DNA of 64,000 nucleotides. It comes from Aplysia californica (taxonomy: Eukaryota). The stretch's first letter is position 1; every line of letters begins with the position of its first letter. Where the stretch lies: the NCBI RefSeq assembly GCF_000002075.1, contig NW_004797372.1, positions 1,274,209-1,338,208 of the forward strand. The letters are read 5' to 3'. The notes below the pieces were generated by a model, which saw only the letters and a list, made by a program, of their open reading frames with translations, did no database searches and had not been told where the DNA came from. This document shows positions 24,720 through 38,469 of this stretch, piece by piece. Made by a program: the position numbers and the translations under genes.

Positions 24720-27700
24720 TTACCCTCTTTGTGTTTTTCGTTAATGAGTTGTTCAGGCCATCCTGTGTATGTTGTTCTTTGTCTTCCTCTACTCTTCTTT
24801 CCCTTCATCTTTCCACACACCAGTAGTTTCTCTAGTCTATTTGATCTATTTTTGTTGCCAAAAATCTAAACGTTTCTGACGGTTCTGATTATTGGTCTTT
24901 GACAACCTGCCATTAGGAGCATTTCCCTTTGTATTCTTTTCTGTCCATGAGATTCTGACTATTCTCTTTAAATGTGAGGCAGCGTGGTGAAATCAGGCTC
25001 TCGTCAAAAAAGTCAAAGTGAAGAAACTTGCATTTTTCCGCAGGTTTGTGAATTTTTATCAATTTTTTTTTTTGGCTCAACATCTATCATGCCCATTACA
25101 GAACTCATTTTTGTGTGGATTTTTCTGAAAAACGTTAATTAAAGGCACAAAAAATGTAAATTTTCAGTTACCGCGGACTCTTAAGCTAAGGAAATAACTA
25201 ATCTTTGGCTGCCATTTTCTCACTAATTTCACTTCTGAAAACAGGTGACCCCACCTCCTTCATTCGCAAATATCTCGACTTGTATTTGAGATAAATGGAT
25301 ATTTGTTTCATCCTCATAAAGACAAGTGAACAAACTTTAAGATGATACCAATAACTCTACATGCCCGAAAATTGACGAGAGCCTCATTCCACCACGCTGC
25401 CTCACAAATGCCACATTTTAGCGGCCTCCATCATCTCTCTGCGTCTTTGTTTAGAGTCCAGCTCTCGTATCTATACAAAATGATTTACCATACGAACCTT
25501 TTACTTTTAAGGTGTTTTTTCTTTTTGTGTGCACTGTTATGTTTCTATTTAAGAGAATAGATTTCATCTTGCCGAAGGTTTCTTCAGATATTGCAACCCC
25601 TTTATCTTTTTCTTTGTGTCACCTTTTGCATGTAGTGCAATTGTGCAATCAAAGTATTTTAAGTTGTTTTCTGTTTATTCTTTTGTTCTTGCATGTGATA
25701 TTGCATACTGGATGCAAGCGCAGGCGCTCATATGACCTTATGAAGTTGCGAGCGCCGTAAAATCTCTGCTAAAAAACAAGCAAAGGATGAGCAAATCAAA
25801 ACACAACTCAAAATGAAAGCATCGGGCAGACCAATGCTAGAGACACAGAGAAGAAATACGGCAGAAATAAAAAGACAATAATTAACAAAGAAGTACAAAG
25901 ATGGAATATAAAAAAGAGACTTTATCTCTGCTGTTTGCAGGAAATTTTATCCATCATCTGATGAGACAGTGGCAGACTCAATATGAACGAGGTACAAAGT
26001 CTCATCCCGTATTCATAAAATATTTTAAACAATTTTTTACCACAATTTTCATCGAAAATATACAATCAAAAAGACTTTTAAATCTGCAAAGTTTTAAAAC
26101 AAATTTTCATCCTGTATGCAAACGTACTTCGCCCATACCCCCCCCCCCACCCTCACCCACCTTGTTGATGCGATAATAAACAATAATTCTCTTTGTGCAT
26201 CATAGAAGCATTTTGAAATCGGAGTGCCAATTGCAGTAACCTATAATCTTTGTGTGGGACGAAAGGGGGACCACGAAATGCAAGAATGAAAATTGTCAGA
26301 CAGAAACGGGTTTTCCCTAACTCGGTTTGTGTTCAGACCATAGCCCATTGATGACTTGTAATTAAAAAAGATAAGTTTTGACAATGACGGCATACTTCCG
26401 ACAGAAAGCAACCTTTTTTTAGGGGGGGAGGGGTGAATTAAAATGATTCATCACCACCTTGAATGACTTATGTTTATGGGTATCATGGACTTGAACTTGG
26501 CTCATCTGTATTGCAGTCCAGTCTAAACATAGCTAACAGCGCCCACAGCTGGTCAGGGAGGGGACCAAGTTTTGAAACCCTGGTGATGACATTGTTTTGT
26601 AGTGTGGATAGTATGTTGTGGAGGGGAAGGAGAGAGCCTGTGAGTCCTGGCCCGTCTTTGTTTATTGTTGTTTTTGGGAGACGTGTGAGGTTAGCCTCTT
26701 TCATTAGTACCCGCAAGAGGACACTTAAAATTAGTAAGATGACTCTCCAGACTGGTTGTCCTGTGTTGCTCACATTCTGCTGTTGTTCCAGCTTTTTTGA
26801 GCAATGCTATACGTATTTATTTTTTAGATCTTCTAGTATCTCTCCTGTGTTTTAAACAATGTTATCACTTTTTTTAGACCCAACTTTTCTGATGCTGTGA
26901 TCCTTTCAATGGGTATGTTCTCTGGGCCAGGTTCTTTGCCATATATTTAATCTTTTTTCATGGCGCCTTGTACTTATTCTATTAAAATTGGTGGTCCTAC
27001 GATGTCTTTCAAAAATCCCGACGCGAACTTCTATCGTCATAGTACAGTTCTTCAAAATATTCCAACCATGTGTTTAATAAATCTCTAGTATCCACCAAGG
27101 TTTCTCCTCGTCTTTATTTTAAACATCATATTTTCGGTGACCGTTTCTAGCAAAACCGATTTTGAATCTTTTGGTGAATATTTGGTATTTGGTCTTGTTA
27201 TTTTGTCTTAGTTGGATTCTTTTGCATATTTTTTTCACTTGCCGATCTATTTCCTTGTATTTCTTTTCAACAATTTTGGTGTGTTTTCTTCTTTCCTATT
27301 TAATACACAGTATCAAGTATCTCTGGGGTTATTCATTTTTGTGCTCTTTCTGTTTGGTGACAGGTACGTGCGCATCGGCTGCTTTTGAAGATTTCCATTA
27401 TTTTTTTGCCACTTTTCCTCTGCGTTTCTTAGATTTTCAAGTACCTCAAACTTGCTCTTGACGCATACAACATATTTTGTCTTCTTTTCTTTATCAGAAC
27501 GCAAAAGGTCTAGCTGTAATTGTGGTGGTCTTTTGCTCTTCTTTAGCTTCTTTAGTTTGACCTTCATACATGCCCCATCTGGTATGTGATCACTTCCAAA
27601 TTCTGCCCCTGGCATTGACGTACCTGAAGTTATGAGCTTTTGAAGCGGTTTTTTTGGTGGTATTATTAAATAGTCTATTTGGTTCTTTACTTTGTCCCAA

Positions 27701-28506
27701 GGAATCTTCCAAATCCTGCAACTTCTTTGGTTTTTCTTGAACCAGGTGTTCATCACAGCAAGTTTGTGTTCTTTGCAAAATTCTACAAGTTTCTCGTCTC
27801 GTTCGTTGATTTAACCGATTCTGAAGCGCTCCACTGTGTTCTCTATTCTTTCTTTTCCTATTTTTTGCATTGAAGTCGCCCACTATTTTGATAATATCCT
27901 GTGACTTGAGCTGTTTCACTGCTTTTCAACTTCTTCAAAGAATGTCTCTATTTCTATCAGGTCCTTAACTGCGGTTGGTGCATTTAATTGGAGAACACCC
28001 TTTTCAAATGTCTTTCCCTTCAGTTTAGCAATAATGATTCTCTCAATGACTGCCCAGAAACCTTTAACGGCATTAGAGTTATCAGAATCCAACATAATGC
28101 CTAATCCCATCTGATGTTCATCTCCACCTGAATAAAATGTGAAATTATTTCCTTATAGAAGGCTGCAGTTGCTTTCTATAGAGGCAGAGCTCATACTGAG
28201 CAGGTTGTCCCAGCCACTGTACAGTACTAACAGTATCTTCTGTTTGGCACACTTGAAAAGTTGGCCAGTTCAAAAGGACCTTAGACCAACTTTAACCTCC
28301 TTGGCCAGTTCCAAAAACTATCCTTGGCTGCTCAACAGTTCACCCGTCACCTGCCTGCCATAACTTTATGTAAACCTGCTCCGGTGGCTAAGTGGGGACA
28401 TAACTTTTCCCAAGGTTCTCCCAGAGGATAGCGGAGGGAAGGAGCTGACTTACTACTCCTGCTGGTGGAAGATCAATGTAAATAACAAAGCTCCATCCTG
28501 CCACCC
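24720..28506 (-). mobile_element. Old degenerate RTE-clade LINE (unit C)
   Basis: ORF fragments GLGIMLD..., NAPTA, IVGDFNAK, NQIDYLII, AEFGSDH and a C-terminal RISWTEK. Confidence 0.85.
24974..25405. mobile_element. 432-bp MITE with 34-bp TIRs and 4-bp AAAT TSD (Sola1-like signature)
   Basis: Left end GTGAGGCAGCGTGGTGAAATCAGGCTCTCGTCAA matches the right-end reverse complement with 2 mismatches. AAAT is duplicated (24970-24973 and 25406-25409). The empty site TTTAAATGCCAC is present in units A, B, D and G. Confidence 0.9.
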
Positions 28507-30775
28507 TATACAGTAGAGTAACAAACACAAAAAGAAGGAGGAGAGATAAAGACGATTAATGTTTGATAGAAAAAGAACAAACCGTAACTAAGCATCTGTC
28601 AACCAACTGCTGTTTGAATTTTTACTAAAAAGAAATATTATCCAAGTTACACCAAAATAGGCATTTGCAATTTTTAGGAACACGAAAGCTTTAAAAATCA
28701 CCAAACGTTGCGCTCGTTTTCTCTCTATTTTTACTTCTGACACCAGGCGATACCCATCTCCTTCAATCGCAAAGATCTTTACTTCTATTGAAGATACAGA
28801 TAGATTTTCTTTCCAGCAAAAGACATACAATTAATAAACGGGCATTAGATTATACCGATAACCTCACCCAAAAATTGGCGAGCCCCTGAATAAATTGAAA
28901 TGGGATTTATTTTTCTAATTCAAGGGACGCAGTTTTCTAAACTTTGATTAATTTAATATGAACATTTATAATAGTCTCCTTGTTGTCATTCTAAGACCTA
29001 GAAACTTCCACATTGTTCTACATTGCCATTATCATTGCCACACTCATCTAACGCTGCAGCCTGGTCTGTTGTACGCCCATAAAAATGTTTTCTCGTAGAT
29101 TATATTTTTACCTTTCGGGTTATGCAACAAAGGTAGCTTGCGAGTGTTCTTTCTTGTGCGTCAGAGAAAACCTTATATCAGCCGGCACTTCCACTTTCTG
29201 TCGACGAAGTGTCCATTCTGACATACCTAGATCTGCTGAAGCTTTCCCGGGCAGACTCACCGTTCTGGACAGCTTGCACCCCCTCCCCCTTTTCCTGATT
29301 GCCCTACCATAGTGTGTTCAACGAGTGCGGATTTTCGTTTGTAGATCCGAGGTATTTTTAGAATAAAATAAACAAACAAACCAAAAAAATGGAAAAGAAA
29401 GTGGTTCCTAGTAATCTAAAACTGCAAAGCAGGTAAACAAACGGATGACTGCATACCAACATGAAAACAAAGTTTACATTGTAAGCTACCTTGATTAGCC
29501 CTGCTAATCCTCCCTTCACATGGTGTACTCCATGTCGCAGAAATGGGTCAGCAGAAAGAAAAAAATGAGACAGTGTGTCCCAGATCTTTTGCCCGTAGGT
29601 ACAGACCAAGTTTGCTTCTACGTTTCAATTTGGAGCCAGTGCTCAGCCTGTGCTTTGATTTGTCTAATAAAGTTGACATACTACTACTACATGTGTATAT
29701 TAGAAAGATATACCCACCTCCAAATGAAATTCAGCACATTTCATCCAAGGGGATAAAGACCCGTCTTTAAAAAGTTTTTTAAAACTAGTCGGCCTTTAGA
29801 GCTTGTTCTTTGATTTTTGTTTTAGAAAGAGTTCAGTGCATTTTCAATATAATTAGTCATATAAATGCAAAAATTAGAAGTTTTATGATAAAGTTACAGT
29901 CACAAATGAAATATAGGAGAGATAAAGACGATAGATGCGTGATATTAAAGAAAGAACAAACCAGACCAGAGCACCTGCCAGCCCATTTATATAATATAAA
30001 ATGCCGGTACATTATATCTGGCTTGGCCTTGTTATGGAAGATACAGATAAATCATTTGACAGAAGAAAAACTGCCTATACCACTACTAAAAAGACACATG
30101 TTTTAATCAGTACCTTGTCCTCGTAATCGAATATGAGTGTCAAACCTGGTCCCCCCCAAAAAAAATGTCATAAATACATTGAGACTCATACTTTAATATC
30201 CTAGACTGAAAAGTCTGACGCAGTGCCGGTCCTCTTTTGAGCACACCATTACCATTTGACTCAGTTTGGAACCAAATGAAGGACAATGGGGAAACGGGCC
30301 CTGCGTACCGGACAATGATAGCGAGACTGCCGGTTTTCTCATTTATTTGGGGACCCTTGTTGGGTACACTTCGCAGCAAAAATGTTTGGCTGATCTGGGA
30401 AACAGCGACTGGTGACGTCGTTTTACCGGGGAAGAGCGGCTAGTTTTTCTTGGCTTAATCGCCTACAGTATCGAATTCACCAAACCAGATATGTTATATT
30501 TCGTCTTGATTTCCAAGTTTAAAAAAGGGTCATTTGCACATAAGACTGTCGTAGCGAAATATGATAACTCACATTTTTGTTGTGACTTTATCAATTAATT
30601 TTTTAAAAACACCAAATTTTAAACACGAACGTTTTTAGTTGCATCTTGATTAGATTGTTTGCAAAACGATACACATTTTTGTTACTGTAGTCTCTGGATT
30701 TAATCGTCAACAAACATTCGTAGGATCATTAGGTCCCTACATTTCAATAAAGCGAACAACAGTGTCTTTCAACCT

Positions 30776-30923
30776 GGGGATCAAGGGCCTGTGAAGGGCC
30801 TCATTTAAAAGATGAGAAACACCCAGGCGTCTCATATAGCCTCTCCCAGTCTTGCCAACTGCACCTACTCGTGGTGATCCCGTTCTGCATTGACGTGGCT
30901 CTGGCAAATGGCGAATCGTTGGA
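30776..30923 (+). ncRNA. HDV-like ribozyme, copy C (P1/P1.1 junction mutated)
   Basis: GATCCCGTT replaces GATCCCTGT. J4/2 GGCGAAT is retained. Confidence 0.45.
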
Positions 30924-33900
30924 GCCAACAAACCACCCCCCTTTGCCAGGAGGGGTAAAATCAACAGGCTGGGAGGACGTGTGACCCCACAAGGTGCGGA
31001 GGGCAGAACCCACCAGCGCGTGGTAGACGCTATGCCCCCCACCAACACACTCTCACTCTCCCTTGAGTGAGTGTCCTACTCACTCCTCTACTTCCCTCAT
31101 CTACTTCTTCTACACACTCCCTGTGGTTGGCTTGTGCTCTACCTTAGGCTTTGTGCATCTCCATGGATTCCCCTGGTCCCTGCAAGAATGAACATACCAC
31201 TGGGTGGGACAGGCCTCAGGGACATGGCATGCCCAAACATGGACGTCTACGTACCGACACAAAGGATCCAGGACGTGACAAGCCGCTCGTCTGTGTGATT
31301 TTGTCTCAGCAACGCTGCCAGGGTCAGACCAGATTAAGTTGACCCCCCCCCCCCACAGCCCACCAGGAGACAGCGGTGGCGGGGAATGGACCACAGTGGA
31401 CCTTGTCTTAACCACATGTAAAATGGAAGCCAGTCCCTGCTCAATGCGTTGCCCCACTTCTGTGAGAGACACAACTTGTAGCTCAGAAATCTCAATGCCA
31501 GGTGCACCGGGAAGAAAAGCCACAGGCTCGCCAGCAAATATGGCAAAGAAAAAAAAAATTCATCCGAGCTCATGCTACGCCTCGTTTATCAAGGCCCGCG
31601 CCATGCTGTGTCCCCCCAGGCTGCTGGTGAAAAGTTAGCTACTGGGAAAACAGAACAGTTTCGACTACTCCAGGTCAACGTTTGCGGCCTTGTAAACCAG
31701 AAAATAGAAATTTCCCATCTTTTGGACTAAAGTAAAATCCACGTTGCCCTATTACTAGAAACTATTCACCATAACACAGACACCTATATCCCAGGTTACA
31801 CCCAATATACCTGCAGATTCCCTGACTGCCAGGGTGTAATCACCTATATCAGGAATGACATAAAAGGAAAAGTTGAGAACATCACAACTAACACAAGAAC
31901 AGCCACCCAGAAAGCTACAATTTGGTATGCAGGTTGCACATTTACAATCTTTAACATCTACAGCCCCCCAGGAAATGACTGCTCTTTTTCATTTCTACAA
32001 GAATCAATATACATCAAACAATAGTTGCAGGTGACTTTAATGGCCACTCTCCTCAGTGGGGATACAGAACATACAACAAAAGCGGAATGGCCATATAGGA
32101 ACTCTGTGGCACAACTAACCTCCTTTTTCTCCAAGACAAGAAATCTACCCCTACCCTTTTACACAAAGCTCACAACACCCTCAGCAGGCCTGATTTGACC
32201 ATCCTTTCATCCGACCTCTTCCAAAGATACACAACAGAAATCCATGACGGCATAGGGAGCGACCATAGACCCATCATGACTTCGGATTCAACCCCAAGCC
32301 AAAGTCACTTTGTACAAAAGACCTAGTGGAATTTTTAAAAGGCGAACTGTGAGCTCTACAAGACAACAACAGAAAAGCTCCTGAAAGATATTACACCAAA
32401 CCCCTCTGTTGATGTCTTCTGTGGCGCAAAAACAGATTCTCTGCTCAAGTCTGCAGCTCTCTGCATCCCTAGGGGTTGCAGGAAGAAGTACAAGCCCTTC
32501 TGGAACGAGAACATCGAACAAGCAGTACAAGACAGAGAAAATGCTCGAAAAACTCTTGAAAGCAATCCTACAACAGGAAACAAAATTGACTACAAAAAAC
32601 CTCAGCTAAGGTCAAACAGACAACCCTCTCGGCCAAAAGAAACAAATGGAGCACCACAGTTGCAGACCTTGACCTACGCAGAAACGGAGCCAAAGCATGG
32701 TCACTTCTCTCCAACTGGTGTGGAGGAAAGCGCCAAAACAACCCAAAGCCCATGGACACAGAGGAAAGTACCATCGTTTAAGACCAAAAAAGACAGAAAC
32801 CTTCAAAGAAGTTCTTTGCTTCTTTAAACAAAGCTTCACCCCACACTGACCAACATAGAGACTGTTTGAAAACATTGAAGGAAAAAGAGCATGCGCCAAA
32901 TGCAAGCATCTCTCTCTTTGAAGATGACGTCACACTCACTGAGCTCAACAGGGCAATGGAGAAACTGAAGCCCGAAAATCCCCAGGACCAGATAAGATCC
33001 ACAGGGAAATGCTTGTCAACCCCAGTCCCGTTGGTTAAGGGTTATATTCTCCAGCTGATCAACAAGACGTGGAATGAAAACACTATCCCCAGAGCATGGA
33101 GAAACGCCATCATCACACCCATTCTCAAAAAAAGAAAACCTGCTGAAGAAAATGAAAAGCTATCGACCCATTTCACTCACCTCATGCATAGGCAAACTGG
33201 CAGAGAGAATAGTCAACCACCGCCTATAATGGTGGTTGGAAACAACCGGTGCTCTGGACAACAGCCAAGCAGAATTTCGTGCTGGCCAATGAACAGATGA
33301 CCAGCTCTTCGGGCTCAGACAGAAAGTCCTTGATGGCTTCCAGGAAAAGAACCTGGAACCCTTGGACTTGCGGAGAGGGGCGGCAGTTCTGGAGATGAGT
33401 GAGCGCTACAAAGGACTAAAGTAAAACCACCCACACAGGAAAATAATTGAACAGAGACGACCAAAGAAACGGATTCATGGAAGATCAATACTTGACACAG
33501 CCACTGAACTAGCAGAAAAACACCATCTTCCATGTAACAGAGAAATGCTGAAACCCTTAAGACCAGAACTCCCCCCAAACACTATCATCAAGAATGCCAA
33601 CATCAAAACTTCCCTCATAAAAGAGACAGTGAAAAAGGAATGTGACCCGGTAGAACTGAAAACAACAGCTCTGAAGACAATTGACTCCTACCCTAGTGAT
33701 TCAATTCATATTTACACAGATGGGTCAGCCTTCAAAGGAACTATAAACGCAGGCTTTGGGGTAAGAGTTGAACATCCTGACAAAACAAGTGAAGAGCTAT
33801 TTGATAAATGAGGTACTTCTTGTACAAATTACGAGGCTGAGGCTATCGCCATTGAAGCAGCAATCCTCTACCTGACCAACATTTTCATAATACATCCAAG

Positions 33901-34597
33901 CAAAATCAAGAACACTATTATCTTCACAGACGGAAAGTCAGCACTCCAAACTTTGGAAAACTTGAATTTCGAAAGCCCAGCCTGCCTATCCGTGGCTCAA
34001 ACAATCAACACCTTCATACAGACCTATGCCGTCGACCTGACACTACAGTGGATACCTGGCCACAGCAACATCCCAGAAAACGACAGAGCAGACACCCTTG
34101 CCAAGAAGGGAGCATCACAAACACAACCCCACAATCCAGTATCACAACAGACACCCAAGAACATCATCAAATGCAACACCAGGGAACAGTGGCTGAATGG
34201 ATGGGCAATGGGCAAAACTGGAAGAACTGTATTTGCACACATGACAGCCCCCAACTCTAAAGATGCAATAAATTCCTTGAGTAGAAGAGAACAAGTCACG
34301 ATCTTTCGCCTGCGAAAAGAACACATACCACTAAATTAATACCTTATTAGGATCCGCAAGGATACCCCACCCGACTGCCCGTTGTGCGACTGCCAGGATG
34401 AAACAGTACCACACCACCTCTTTAAATGTCCAGCACTTTGGGACCAGCGTAGCACCTACCTACCTGCCTCCCCAGACATTGGAATTACTCTATACAGCGA
34501 CAAAGCACAGCAGATTAAAACTTGTAAATTCTTTGCCGTATCGACAGACCGAAGGGCTAGAACCCAAATGAGCGCTGGATCGGAAAAGTAAAGTAAA
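30776..34597 (+). mobile_element. Ingi-like LINE copy C, end-to-end complete (3822 bp), RT core deleted
   Basis: TSD TCTTTCAACC at 30765-30774 and 34598-34607. Tail AAAAGTAAAGTAAA. Domain order APE, partial RT, RNase H, CCHC, with stops and frameshifts. Confidence 0.95.
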
Positions 34598-34636
34598 TCT
34601 TTCAACCAAGTCGCCATTTTGTACATTGTACAGTGA

Positions 34637-34732
34637 CAACAACAACAACAGGAACAACAACAACAGCAGCAGCAGCAACAACAACAAAAACAACAACGAC
34701 AATAACAACAAAACAAAACGAAACAAAACAAC
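34637..34732. repeat. (CAA)n/(CAG)n compound microsatellite (also ~56855-56950)
   Basis: Directly visible downstream of both complete Ingi copies. Confidence 0.9.
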
Positions 34733-35559
34733 CCCACCGACAAAAATAATAATAAAGAAAGGGAATTGAAGCGTCTTAGACATTCAATGAGGTCAGGAAG
34801 TCGATTTTACCGTAATCATACAACTTTAATGTCGACCCCCCNNNNNNNNNNNNNNNNNNNNNNNNNNNNNNNNNNNNNNNNNNNNNNNNNNNNNNNNNNN
34901 NNNNNNNNNNNNNNNNNNNNNNNNNNNNNNNNNNNNNNNNNNNNNNNNNNNNNNNNNNNNNNNNNNNNNNNNNNNNNNNNNNNNNNNNNNNNNNNNNNNN
35001 NNNNNNNNNNNNNNNNNNNNNNNNNNNNNNNNNNNNNNNNNNNNNNNNNNNNNNNNNNNNNNNNNNNNNNNNNNNNNNNNNNNNNNNNNNNNNNNNNNNN
35101 NNNNNNNNNNNNNNNTTTTGAGCACTTACTGGTAATTCTGAGGTGCCAACTCTGTTAATAACAGCTGTTCAAAACAGAAGTGGAGAAGATTGGGAGGGGG
35201 AGGGGAGAGTGTTTGGGATATAAAACAAACTGCTTTCCATCCTAAAGCCCCCCCCTCCCCCGAACATACGAGTATGTAACCATTGGCTGTGGTACATAAT
35301 CAGACAGGGAATCAACGAACACGTTACAAAATGCTGTCATCATACCAAGCGCAGTCTCACAAAAATAACACACACCTCTAACACCTGTGCATTGCAAGTC
35401 AAGTTTATTTCACAAATCACAGAAGTTATAAGAAATAAAACTCTAAAATCGATTCTATCGTCATTATATCTTCTCTTTATGTTTGTGTTTGTTACTGTCT
35501 GATAAGACCTCTAATCTTCGGCACTTACATCACCACATTGTGTTGCAAATGCTGTAAAA

Positions 35560-35800
35560 CTGAATTTCTATATCTCTCTGTCATTTCTTCAATTTTTGGA
35601 AATATAGGGTTTATTGCGAGTCGATAATTGAAATATCGATGTCAGAGGATGGCTATGGTCACAGAGCATTATTTCCGCCTTTTATTTATAACGCTCGTTT
35701 TGTGCAGATGTTCAAAGTTACTTAGTTCTCTACCAATTGTTCTTGATGCCTTTCTGACCAACTTGATTATTTTTATGATGTGCTGTCTTCCCAAATTTTT
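35560..35800 (-). mobile_element. Degenerate Rex1/Babar- or L2-like LINE C-terminal fragment
   Basis: Minus strand reads KLVRKASRTIGRELSNFEHLHK and, after a frameshift, IMLCDHSHPLTSIFQL. This resembles the KxASKIIG...DxSHPL motif of these ORF2 C-termini. Confidence 0.55.
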
Positions 35801-38469
35801 CAGCCAGTTTGACAATTTTTATTGAAGTTTTGTTAATTGGTTCAGCCCCTTGTTATGGTCATTTAAAAACAAATTTCTGGTCGGCCTTTACTCGCTTTTT
35901 TACTTCTGAAATCACACCACAAACACGGAAACCTCCCTCCTTTCCTTTCCCAATGACCAACCGCTGAACTAGGCCGTGCCGTGGTAAACTTCTTGACACT
36001 AGTGTATTTAACCAGTATATCTTCATGTATTCTTTTCCTCTTCTTCCTCCTCCTTAACACCAGGAGCGTTATCCCTAATCTTCTCCCTTCTTCTCCCTCC
36101 CCCCTCCACCCCCTTACTTTTATCCTCATTCTCAATCGTTCAGTTCTATCTTCAGAATCAACTTCTCCACCTCCTTACTTGCGTTCAATAATATAATTAT
36201 TTCTTCTTCTCCTCCTCCATCTTAACCCTATCCGTACTTCGTGTTTTGCTATCGTATCCATGCGACTTGGGGAACTCTGTGCCACCACTTTCAAAGAGGA
36301 AATTTACTCGTTAATCCTATCCGTACGCTTTGCATAGCAGTCTGTCAAAATGACTTTTTGAGAAATACTGACAGTTTCAAAGATATATTCGTACTAGAAG
36401 TACTCTAAAATGTGAAGAATACAACCCAGGGGTACAAAATTACTCCAGGGCGTACAGATAGTGTGAAGAAAATAACGTCATCAACTCCGAAAACAGAGAA
36501 TAGACTCTACCTCTAATTTTTAAAAAATGCAGAACAATCATTTTCAAAAGACTAGTACAAATGACGTTGTTTTTGTTTTGTTTTTGGGGGGGGGGAGTTA
36601 GACACATAATCACTCGTAGAGAGTATTTACTCGTGTAGTGACAAACATAAGGAAAATGAGTCAAATGGAGAGGGTTAACAGTTAGAGAGAGAGGAAGGGG
36701 GAGGGGGCAGAAAGATTATAATAAATATGTAGGTAGATCTAGGAATGTAGACAGAAATAGAAAGAAAGCAAGACAAGTAGAGAGGATAGTCNNNNNNNNN
36801 NNNNNNNNNNNNNNNNNNNNNNNNNNNNNNNNNNNNNNNNNNNNNNNNNNNNNNNNNNNNNNNNNNNNNNNNNNNNNNNNNNNNNNNNNNNNNNNNNNNN
36901 NNNNNNNNNNNNNNNNNNNNNNNNNNNNNNNGAAATAGAGNNNNNNNNNNNNNNNNNNNNNNNNNNNNNNNNNNNNNNNNNNNNNNNNNNNNNNNNNNNN
37001 NNNNNNNNNNNNNNNNNNNNNNNNNNNNNNNNNNNNNNNNNNNNNNNNNNNNNNNNNNNNNNNNNNNNNNNNNNNNNNNNNNNNNNNNNNNNNNNNNNNN
37101 NNNNNNNNNNNNNNNNNNNNNNNNNNNNNNNNNNNNNNNNNNNNNNNNNNNNNNNNNNNNNNNNNNNNNNNNNNNNNNNNNNNNNNNNNNNNNNNNNNNN
37201 NNNNNNNTCCGATCTTAATATAGTGTTATGAAAAAAGGAAGGGGGTTATCTCTTTCAATTTAGAAGAGAGAAGGATTTTTTTTTTCGGAGGCGGGGACTT
37301 GATATCTTTTTATCATAAGAACTATTGACTTTTTTGCAAACATTTTTTCGTAGGCTAGCTTTCATTTTTCTATCTTTTTGTAAAAATAATCTTATGTTCT
37401 ACACTGATGTCTCGTTGTCTAAGGGACAGACTAAGGGTCAGAGGGGAACTGGCTCTTGCTTTCTCTCTTTGCACAGATATTAAGTTTAGTTTGTTTTGTT
37501 TTGTTTTCTTTCTTTGTTTTATTTTGTGTTTTTTTGTTTAGTACAGTCGGGAACTGGTGGATCTGTTTTTTGTTTTCTTCTTGCTATCTTTTTGCTTTGG
37601 ACTGGCTTTGACGTGAGCGCATTCAATATGAGCCTTTCTTGATGCTTTTTTTTTCCGGTCCTGATCCCTGTAGAGTAGACTAACACTAACATAAATCACG
37701 GTCACATGTAGATGAGACTGCGTGCACAACATTTCGGCTTTTTTTCTGAAGTGACCACCAAAACGTGATGACTCCATTAGGGAGTGGGAATGAGGGAAAT
37801 GCCCACCTCGTGACTCATTTGGAGCAGAGGAAGTTAGGATCTAAAATGTTTTGCTAACCTTTAACCTTCATAATGTTCTGGAATGTGTGTAGTGTTCTAT
37901 GTTATGCTGTGACTTCTCTATTTCTATATCCATCTCTCTCTCCATCTCTCTCTCTCTATCTTTATCTTTATTTTTATCTCCATATCAATCTCTATTCTTG
38001 TCTCTATCTCAATCTCCTGATCTTAACTTTAACCGTTTACTAACCACATGGCGTCAGTTTGTTAGGAGCGGGCATGGGACAAAACAATCTATTTCAAGAA
38101 AAGACTAAAGGAAAAGTCAAAAACATTTTTAATGCAGCCCACTTCGGTGTGACGGTCTCAAGCCCGTGAAATGCGGAGAGAAAGTGTTTTCAAGCTGAAA
38201 ACGGTAAGATTTCTGAGAACTCGAGGTACCCAATGGCTGACCAGATCAAATTTGTTCATTTGATTTGGTCACAGTTGCGTCTTCTCCTTTCAAAGATCTT
38301 TTCTATCGCTTACTTGTACCAACACAAACAGTTACACCATCATAAATATATTTCATTCTTTCAAAGATGTTACTGATGAACTAGTTTTGGCGGTAAAAAT
38401 TTCTACCACAGTCCAGGTTTGAAGCTTGATGCAACTTAGTTATTTGGGAATTGCTATTCCTTTCTGACC

